DNA from: Paraspadella gotoi
Taxonomy: Eukaryota > Animalia > Chaetognatha
DNA: 18,782 bases
Direction: 5' to 3'
NCBI GenBank assembly: GCA_051294375.1
Contig: JBJCIZ010000823.1
Location: 1 to 18,782, forward strand
Below the pieces are notes generated by a model. That model ran no database searches and was not told where the DNA came from. It saw only the letters and a list, made by a program, of their open reading frames with translations. Below are positions 9,598 through 18,782 of the stretch, in pieces (within the stretch, counting starts at the first letter, position 1; every line of letters begins with the position of its first letter). The position numbers were made by a program, and so were the translations under genes.

Positions 9598-9964
9598 GTG
9601 AAAGACGAAATGATGCGACAATGACGCTCAACGGCTAAATGACGCAATCATGTTTTCAGTTGTTAATTGATAAGGCGGTCATGAAAAATTGGGAGATAAG
9701 AAATTGTGAGGTAAAAAATACTTTAGTCATCATTGTCGTGAGAATGTTATTGTAGGCAAATATTAATTTAATGTTATTGGCCCCTGAGCTAGTTTCAGTG
9801 CATCATTATTATTGATTAATGAACATTACCAATTTATCCGTAATCCCGAAATTTAACCCTTTCCAGCCCTTATTTAATTAGGTGATCGGCTTTGAAAGTC
9901 CAGACAGGCATTAAGATTCAAATCATTTAATCATTTAATTAGATGTAATTGTGTAATATTTGGT

Positions 9965-10395
9965 CTTTAGTCGGATCTGCGTTTCGCAGATTTCGACTCT
10001 ACAATTCGCTTGTCGGTCCCACCCCAAAATCTTGTTGGTATGATAAATTTTGGGGAAAAAAATGTTCGTCTGTCTGTCCGTCCCCCCTTCGCATTAAAAG
10101 CCAATTACTCATGATTGTATGGATGGATTGGAATGAAAATTTTTGTGAGAGTAGGAAAGTTTTTATAGAATCGTGCGAGTGGAAATAGTTTATATTTACT
10201 CATAATTATTATATTTAGTAAAAGTTCGATAGATTAATTGTAATGGAATTTTGTGTGTGGGTAGGAAAGTATGCGATTGAGCTGGTTATAATTTTTTTAT
10301 AGAATCGTAGGAGTTTAAATGAGTTTAAATTAGAAAACCAGGACTGCTGAATTACTGTTGGCAGATCCGATATTTTTTGCACAAACTTGTGTTAG
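9965..10395 (+). mobile_element. DINE-1/HINE-like element, copy C
   Basis: 5' hairpin tagtcggatctgc-gtttc-gcagatttcgac, then gtctgtctgtccgtcc, and the 3' end gcagatccgata...gcacaaacttgt. Confidence 0.7.
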
Positions 10396-10606
10396 TTTTA
10401 TCTTTATAGATAAGTTATCAAACAGTGTTTTATATATTTCATAGATAAAAAGTTACCGTTCTTGTTAGCCATGTCGCGTTCATTTAACCGGCCCATTTGT
10501 TGCTTTTTGTGCCTCTCTCTTATTACAGTTTCACTTATTAAGACTGCCTTCTGTAGTAGACCTCGCTGCTTGCAGTGGCTGGCCCTGAGGGCAAACACCA
10601 CTGACC

Positions 10607-13600
10607 ATGGAATTTCACTCTAATTTTGAAATGTTTCAACTTACTGAAGGCTTGAATGAAAAAGCCAGTTGGCAATTAGTTAAACATCATTATCCAGCTA
10701 TTCAGACATCTGAAAAATCCTTTGCCTCAAAACTTCGCAAACTACGATGGAAGTATCGTAAAATGTTAAGGCGATCAAGTGAAGCAACTAAGACTTATTT
10801 ATCGGCCCCCTTCTTCTCGGTTGAAGATTTTCGAGGTAATTGATTTATAATGACATGTTGACATTAAAATTGTTATCGTTGCTCGCGCTTGCGTCGAAGG
10901 TCCCCATAAATGTCGTCGGTATCGTCGTTCCAAATATTTTCTAATATTATTTGTAATTGTATGAAGCTGAAAATTTAGATATATATTCTCATTATCAAGG
11001 TCCTTGAAAAATGATGAGGTGATACATGAAATGTGATTTGTTTACATTTTACATAAAACAAATTTCTTCTATTTTTATGTCTATCTTATTAATTGCGCCG
11101 CGAGTACTCGCAGAGCAACTCTATAAGTCGCTTTTCGGTCGGTTGGTATGTCTGTCCATCGGTCTGTCCTACTTACATTAAAATGTATATAATTTGTAAA
11201 TAAATAAATAAATTTTTAAGACAGAAAAAACATCAAATCTTCCGGAAATCCTAAAACTAAAAAGAAACAAAAGACGTAATTTTGATGCATTGCATTGCGG
11301 GCTAAGAAAGTTATTGTAGTCATGTTATGTCACGTCATGTTATGTTTGGTCACGTCATGTCACGTCACAATAAATACACGTGATAAGGCAGTCACTGCGG
11401 CTTAACACATTTGAATTATCATTCTTTTTTTTAAAATTAAATTAGCTTAAAATTAATTTATTCTTTCAATTCATTTTATCAGATTTATTTTTTTTAATTT
11501 GTTTTATTTTATTTTATTTATTCATTTCATTTATATTTTTTTTTGGTATATATATTAAGCCAAGTTAGTTATGTATAAAACTTAGTTTTCTTGTATCAAA
11601 TTTGATTTTCAAAGGTTGTCATGGGTCCAGAATTTTTTTATGCGATCGCGACGATTGAGCGCAAAAGATATTTTTCGCTGATGAAGTTTAGCCAAAACTT
11701 GTAATTTTTTAAAAATTATAAAACAAAAATTCTTTATTTTTACTATAAAACTTTTTAAAATTTTGTTGTTTTATTAACAAAAATTAGCAATGTTAGAATC
11801 ATAAGATAATGATATTTTTTTAAGGTTTTTATCAATTTTGACTCATCAAAATATTGAAAAAAGAATTATACTTTTAGTACTTTTCAAAAATATAAAATTT
11901 AAAAAAATATATATATTTCCCATCTATAAATAAAAAAAATAAAAACCTGATTATTAGTGTTTTGTGGCATTTTAAAATTGTTGGTACATTAAAAGTTTTC
12001 TCAGAAATGTATGAAGTTTTATTTGGGAAAGTTCCCATGTCAAATTTCTGACCCACCCCATTGACATAGATTGGCCCTACTCTATGCTGTACAATTTTTT
12101 AACGTATATAAAATATATTTTTTTAAACTTTTTTTTAAAGCAGGCTTAGTTGTTAACAAAATTTTTAATACAACCCCTTACAGCCTTGAAACAGGTCCCG
12201 GGATTAGAACCAGGCGAATCACGAGTCACGACTTAAGGTGTCATGCTTATAAGTAGGGTGAACTACAGTATTACATTTATATCATGCTTTATTATTAATT
12301 AAAGAAGAGGTTAAAAAGAAAGTGGAAAAGTGAAAAAAAAATTAATGTATAATAATAATGTATACCTCAAATATTTTCATATATTATTATGTTGTNNNNN
12401 NNNNNNNNNNNNNNNNNNNNGCCTACTCTATGCTGTACAATTTTTTAACGTATATAAAATATATTTTTTTAAATTTTTTTTTAAAGCAGGCTTAGTTGTT
12501 AACAAAATTTTTAATACAACCCCTTACAGCCTTGAAAACAGGTCCCGGATTAGAACCAGGCGAATCACGAGTCACGACTTAAGGTGTCATGCTTATAAGT
12601 AGGGTGAACTACAGTATTACATTTATATCATGCTTTATTATTAATTAAAGAAGAGGTTAAAAAGAAAGTGGAAAAGTGAAAAAAAAATTAATGTATAAAA
12701 TAATGTATACCTCAAATATTTTCATATATTATTATGTTGTTGGGGTCAGTTGGTCTGAATAAATTTCCAATTTTAATGATAGATTTCAATACAAACTTTT
12801 CTTATTTATTATATAGTACCTTTTTAGCCATAAAAATTTGCAACATACTATATAAATCACTTTGTTAGTTTTTAAAAAGTAATGAAAATAAAAATTTAAA
12901 TGTATAATGATGATTATGAAATCAAAGAATAACATTTGTTTCAAATATATTTTTTTCTAGATATTGGATCTTTTGAATCTCAATCTGTGAGAATTGATGA
13001 AACCTTAGCTGACGCAGAAGCGGAATCTGTTACAAATTTAGAGCAGTTTTCAGTTTCTTCAGCTCCAGGAGAAGATAATGACTTGGAGACTAGTATGGCA
13101 TTGTCAGCTTTAGAAATACCAGAAATTATCATCAACCCATTGGATAACTTGGGAAATAATTCTGACGAGCCAGTTATACCGAATTTGTCGGTAAATGCAA
13201 ATGATTCAATGGAAAATAGATTAACACCAGGAATTGTTTCGGGGACGGATTTCCCAATACAGAGATTAGCTTCTTCTAATTTTTGCGATCCATCCGACAA
13301 TACTGGTTGTTCAGAAACTGAATCCAAAGAAGAAATTAATACCTGTAAAGGATCCACCAATGGGAACAAAGTCAAGAATAGAAATCTTATGAGCAAAATT
13401 CTAAAGTTGAAGAAAAATAAAAAATTGATGAAAATAAAGAACCTGATTAGACTTGCCAAAATGAAGAAAGACCTAAAATGTGCTATGAAAATAGTTACAG
13501 AAGAACAGAAGCTAAGTGAGAAAAAAGACCAAAGAATTTATGATCTTTCAAAGAAGCTGAAAGAAGAGAAAATTAAAATCGTTCATTGCAATTACAACAA

Positions 13601-15831
13601 GCACGCATGAGGTACAAAAGCAAACAAAAAACGGAAAGAAACTTGGAAGAAGTCCGGCATCAGAAAGATGCTATGGACCAAATGAGAAAACGGTACCAAG
13701 AACAATCTAAAGAAATATCTGCTTTAGAAGCATTAAATGAAAATTTAAAAAATAACGAAATTAATATGTTTGAAAATGGCATGTACTGTGACGAGTTGCG
13801 TGTTTGCGCCTGGGAACTCTTGCAGTTAGAATCCCAGCTAAACAAATACCTCAGGCTATGAAAACGGTCCTTCAACGATTAACGAGGACAGATTTAAAGA
13901 GATGTCCATCAAAAAGTTTTTGTTTCAAGATTGGTGACAGAAAGTCATTGGTTTATTAATGAAACAGCTTTCGGAAAAGCTAGAGTCTGAAAAAGATGCA
14001 ACATTATCAATTGATTCTGCAACTCATAAATCGATTAGTTTCCTTGGTTCTCAAATTCATTTTGCTGATGGATCTACCTATACTCTTGGTTTAAGAGCAA
14101 TTTGTGGAGAAGATGCTAAATCGTTATTGGGTTATGTACAAGAAAGTTTTCTGAAATAGCTCGAGAAGGATTTAAAACCCGATGAGGATGAATTAGGTAA
14201 ATTGGCAGAATTAATTTGTAAAATTACAAATTACTATGACAGATCAGGCACCCGTAAATGGTGCTTTTGCTCATGAGCTTGAAGATTTCAAAAAAAAATC
14301 TATTACCTATGGTTCTGGCAAATAATGAATTTACTCCTGCTCAGCGTAGCACTTAGAAAAGATTAACATTTTTTATTGTAAGATGCACTTGTTAAGCAAC
14401 ATGACTACCTCTGCCATTAATGCGTTAAAGCATTTGGAGTCTCTTTCAATTCCACACGATAGAAACCCTCATGCTTTTGCTGGAGAATCACCCGCAGTTC
14501 AGCGCTTAAATAGAAACGTCTCAATGGTATGTTTTCCGCACCAGAATGAACAATCGTGGCGGCTTGTGGAACCATGGAAAGCTTTTCGGCAAAGAAAAGC
14601 TATAAAGATACCTAATGTGGTACATTATGAGCACAGCAGAGCTGGAATAGAATTTCCAGCTTCAACTAGAATTTTAAGTTTGCTTGAACATCTCAAGGAA
14701 TTTTTGGAATATGAAGATACATCAATAATTTATCTTTCAATTAAGCACGATCTAAACGATGAATCTGCATTAAATCAAGTTGGAGCAATGAGCCTATATA
14801 ATGTACTTGTTATGGCGCCCTTTTGGAGGGTTTTGTATGGAAAGGATCGCTACGATGAATATGGAAAAACCAAGGTTCACATCCTTGAGTTAATCCCGCA
14901 TTTGCAGAGTCTTCAAAATTATCTATTGGATATTAGCAAGGATGGAAACCAAATGTTTGAAGGAAAATCTCCTTTTGCCGAAGCATTTTTGGAGAGAGAT
15001 AAAGTTCAAATGGTTATGGAAGCCATTGAAATGAATAGCTTTGACAAAAAGCAGGTTGTAGAAATTATTCAAGTTATTGGGGAAGCAATGCTTCTCACTT
15101 TGACAACTCAAGCGTCTGATTTTCTCAAGGGTGGAAGGCTTGATGAGCTTCAAGATGATCCTAATTTTGTTGATGCAACCCTTAGTGTTCCCACTACAAA
15201 CCAACGGGGGGAATCACTTTTTGGTCTTGCACGTTTTATTAAAGATACTAAACCAACCGCAAAGTCAACTACTTTGCAAGCACATTGTATGTTAAGGNNN
15301 NNNNNNNATGCCAAGGATAAACTACATGCTTTAAATTTATTGATTGAATTTTTACAAAAAATTGGCGATGCAACATGTTCAAATCGGAATGTTTTTAAAA
15401 AAACTTTCAACCAAAAAGCATATTCTTTGCATGAAAAAATGGTTCACTTGGATCAAATTTATGAAGAAAATCCGCATTTGAAGCTATTAGATTTTTGTGA
15501 GACGACACCACTTTCTGTCGTTGATGTGACTGACGCTGCTGAAGTCGTTGTTACTTCATTGCAACACAAGAGGCTAATGGCTGTCCGAAAGCAATCTGTG
15601 AAACAAACTCGAGAGCTTTTTAGTATGTTTTCACAAGAGCCAGAAAAATTAATTAATTGTAAATTTGAAATAAAGATTAATGGTCAGTGGCAAAAAGGAA
15701 TAGTACATGATATTGTAAAACCATTGAAGAAGTCGTTGAGTTTTAAAATCGAAATTAATGGCGAATATATGCAGAAACCACTGCTTCAAGAACTTAAAAA
15801 GGGAAACCTTGTTCTATTAAATCAGTTATAA
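10607..15831 (+). CDS. Spliced hAT-like DDE transposase (exon 1 10607-10835, exon 2 12961-15831) with a coiled coil and a C-terminal Tudor/Spin-like domain; several frameshifts and an N gap
   Basis: A phase-1 intron (G|GTAATT...TTTCTAG|AT) joins the ORFs in frame. Motifs: TLSIDSATHK (D at 14013), YTLGLRAI, MTDQAPVN (D at 14242), FYCKMH (CxxH at 14377-14388), VPTTNQRGESLFG (E at 15211). Frameshifts lie mostly at homopolymers (~13577, ~13829, ~13920-13950, ~14150, ~14232, ~14290-14350). Confidence 0.7.
11085..11170 (+). mobile_element. Fragment of a related DINE-1/HINE-like element in the transposase intron
   Basis: The hairpin gcgagtactcgc, then actctataagtcgcttttcggtc and GTCY repeats, resembles the 5' ends of copies A and C. 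Confidence 0.5.
12074..12740 (+). other. ~320-bp near-identical duplication on either side of a 25-N gap; probable unmerged contig overlap
   Basis: 12074-12395 matches 12421-12740 except for single-base differences, mostly indels. The Ns lie at 12396-12420. Confidence 0.85.
12192..12270 (-). mobile_element. tRNA-like SINE head (family 2), duplicated at ~12539-12615
   Basis: The reverse complement has TAGTTCA about 55 nt upstream of the B-box-like GGTTCTAATCCC. Confidence 0.45.
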
Positions 15832-15843
15832 AATAGTTGTCCT

Positions 15844-15911
15844 AAGGTCTGAGTGACCACGAAGGTCTGAGTGACCACAAAGGTCTTAGTGACCACGAAA
15901 GTCTTAGTGAC
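15844..15911 (+). repeat. 18-bp tandem repeat (AAGGTCTKAGTGACCACR) x ~4 just after the transposase stop
   Basis: Read directly. Further single copies of the core lie at ~15956-15970 and ~16014-16026. Confidence 0.9.
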
Positions 15912-16055
15912 TGAATACAAATTGTTATCATTTTTTATTCTGATTTTAACTACATAAGTCTTAATGACACCTTTGTAATTCGTCAATTTAGGTTGAATGG
16001 TCTATGTGACAAAAAGTCTTAGTGACTTGATTTAAAAACTAAAATTATTTCATTG

Positions 16056-16432
16056 TAAAACAAGATGAGTGAACAATGCCGGATCTGCAAACGATAATTC
16101 AGTGGTAAGCAGTTTAATATAAAGTATTATATATATATAATATTAATGAATATAAAGTTATTATAATAATTGATTATTTGATTAATTAAATTTTATACAA
16201 AAAGGAAATTGAATAGTAAAAAAGTTTTTTTTTCTATATTTCTTTATTTTTATGATTCTTGTTTAATCCCACACAGACAAACAAATAAGTCAATTGTCCA
16301 TTTGATTCATGATTAATTAACGTTAAGAGCTTCTGCATAAATTTTCAATATTTCGATGTTTTAAGATGGTTTAAGTGACCAAATGGGGGCGACTGAAGAA
16401 CCGACAAGTGAATCATAAAGCCGGAATATCAA
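16056..16432 (-). mobile_element. Degenerate DINE-1/HINE-like element, copy E
   Basis: The reverse complement of 16057-16106 matches the 3' end of copy A (7390-7440). The sequence ccgacaagtgaatcata at ~16401 matches the 5' block. Confidence 0.55.
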
Positions 16433-17539
16433 GGACTTTTTATTTGTAAACTTTTCTCAAATATGCTTTAATTTACGTAATAAAAATCTATGCAATTCCA
16501 TTTAATTTAAACTGGAAATGTATTAGAAACTTTACATTGTTATTTTCTTTAAAAATACCCATTTTTAAAAAAAATTGTAGATTTTTTTTATTGTGTTGGT
16601 GAAATTCTGATTTAATTTTTAAAGTTGATATGTGCTGTATTATTTGTTTGGAAATGTTTATGAAAGTATTATTTTGAATTATAATAGTAATAATTTTTTT
16701 TAGAATTTATTTTTAAAAAAATATTAACATCAATATTAATATCACGCTTATTATCCATGAGTTTGATGATTCATTCATAAATTTGAAGTTTATAATATTA
16801 TTATAAACCTATCAATTATGGTAGTATCAAAAGGGGAAAGCTTGTCATGCGTGGGGCGTTGGCCCCTGTCCCAGCTAGTGACTTCGGACATTTGGCCCTG
16901 TTGATCTGCCATCAGGATGAGCTAGAGGTCCTACCCTTCACACTGCAACCAGAACGAAACCCTATAATGTTATAATGCTATAAATTACTAAAATTGCAGA
17001 GAAAAAGTTTCTTCTAAAATCTAGCTTTTTTTTTTTCTAACCCCTTCTCATATTATCATATTTAATTGCTATAAGTAATTTCCAGCCATCTCGTCCTTCA
17101 AAGAATCAGATTTTAAAATTGTTTTTTTAAAATAGTATGTCTTGAAAGAAATTATCAATAGGAACTGTAAAAAACTTTTTTTCATAGCTTGTGATTTTTA
17201 GTATTGTTTACGTTTTATTTGATGTTCATCGTACTTTTAATTTTTTTTTTTTTTTTAATAGAAAAATTATAAATATTCTCAGTTGGGGTCTTGAACTTCT
17301 TAAACTAGTTATGACAATAAATTTTTTAAGAACATTCTGTGCATTATCATAGCAGTGATTTTGTTATTGTCCTTTTCACAAAGTAAACCAGATGGAGTTA
17401 CTTTATTACTACTATGAACTTTTGGAATATTGGCTCGACCACCTAAATAAATTAGGTTTTTGCCAATATTTGTTAAAATCTATTAAGAAAAGTATTATTA
17501 AAAGGTATTTTGGTAATGAAGTGTAATTTTTTTAAATAT

Positions 17540-18200
17540 CAATTCTTTTTATAATCTATCCTTTGACTTCTTTCGGTATCACAACTCATTTTTGGATTGA
17601 GCGATTGGTGGGCGCAGTGGATGGGACTTCCTTGACTACATTCATATTTAACGTTGGTCGGATCAATGGTTTAGCCAATCAACATATTTACTTTCTAATG
17701 AACAATGGGCGTTATTTTTTTCAACAACAAAGAAGTATGGCTACGTTCTGTTAGTATTTTAATTAGCATCTTACCACGAATGTTATTTCTTTAGTTGTGG
17801 TCCTAAGTCAAGTAATGACTTGCTACTTACTACGTTTGCCCCAGTTCAGGATATAGTGGCATCACAAAAGCCTTTTTAAAAGTATTATTTATTACTTCAA
17901 CTATGTAAGAGACTGAGTCCAGGCTTATGTAAGTATGTCTAATAACATTGCTCAATTAATTTCAGTTGAACGTTAAAGAATGTCAAATCATGACAGAAGT
18001 TGTAAAAAAACGTTTTTTTCAGGTAGCGAATTTATAAGCTCATCTTGGTTGTTATTGTTGAAGGTTTTATTGGGAATTATTTTTAACTATACATCCCTGC
18101 TTCGAAGACAGTGCCCATGCCGAAGTTCCACTTTTCAACGCTTTTTCCACATGTTCATTAATACGTAAACTTACAGAAGATATCATCGTGTTTAAAGCAA
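17540..18200 (-). pseudogene. Possible degraded leucine-rich-repeat gene remnant
   Basis: Broken minus-strand frames give IIPNKTFNN, INSLPE.NVF, LLDL.HN..KEITF followed by gtaag, and CSLESKYVDWL..YEC. There are many stops and frameshifts. Confidence 0.25.
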
Positions 18201-18782
18201 AGACAATCAAGTTTTATATCAACTTGAACAATTTTGCATTAATGACTTTTTTTACATAATCCGTTTACTTAAATATTTTTGAATTTAAGTATTAAAATTT
18301 GATTTTTTTTATCATTATATTAGTCAATAGTAATTAAGAGTTAGATTAGTTTTAATTTTTTCAAACTTTGGAATGGGCGAGATGTCAGAAAATTATTTAG
18401 CTTGTAAATAAAGTATTATCTTTTTTAGTTGATTTTAATTGATTAAATTGCATCATTACCTTATAAAATTTTTTTCTACAAAAATTGAATTTATAAACAT
18501 TTACTTTCATTGGATTTTTAAAAACATATATATTTTATCTTTTATTTTTAATTGTTGTCAATATTAACTTGGGAAGGGAACAAAAATGTTAAAAAAAGCC
18601 ATTTCTTATTTGATTTTTACATTTGAATGATTCCTTTTTTTAATACAAAAATTGTTATTTCCTTTCGTTTCGTTGTGTTTGGTTGATAGAAGACGTTTTA
18701 AATTGTTTAAACATTTCACTTTTTAAATCAGTAGTTAATTGTTAAAATGTTTATTTCACCATTAGTTTAAACAATTTATCTT

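Noticed and set aside
12074-12740. Real tandem duplication, and the ORFs 12071-12256 and 12330-12602
   Set aside because: The copies abut an N gap and are nearly identical, which is typical of an unmerged overlap. The ORFs lie in an intron.
12980-15410. Minus-strand ORFs 12980-13459, 13660-13875, 14923-15204 and 15150-15410
   Set aside because: They are antisense shadows of the transposase coding sequence.
10343-16106. Apparent 27-bp TIRs (10343-10369 and 16080-16106, 22/27 match) flanking the transposase
   Set aside because: Both are 3' ends of HINE-like copies C and E. The same sequence occurs at ~7390-7420 and ~7820-7850, and there is no TSD.
17563-17754. VDGTSL...VGRI as a downstream MEK5 exon (MDGGSL...LGRI)
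   Set aside because: The similarity is weak, the spacing is wrong and there are no convincing splice sites.

Overview
This is AT-rich, intron-containing animal DNA from an error-prone assembly (homopolymer indels, two N gaps, one probable false duplication); the species cannot be identified. From left to right it contains: (1) a ~1.37 kb array of a 17-bp telomere-like G-rich repeat in the wrong orientation for a left telomere; (2) a disrupted spliced gene with Ser/Pro/Arg repeats, a coiled coil, an RG-rich exon and a terminal CCHC zinc knuckle, whose introns hold Penelope-type hammerhead-ribozyme relics in foldback arrangements, tRNA-derived SINE-like elements and a DINE-1/HINE-like element; (3) the first two coding exons of a MAP2K5/MEK5 homolog (PB1 domain plus kinase subdomains I-II), hidden by frameshifts and largely missed by the ORF track; (4) a spliced hAT-like DDE transposase gene with a Tudor/Spin-like C-terminus and 3' subterminal repeats, probably inside a MEK5 intron; and (5) a possible degraded LRR-like remnant. 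All protein identifications come from my manual translation and motif recognition, not from database searches.
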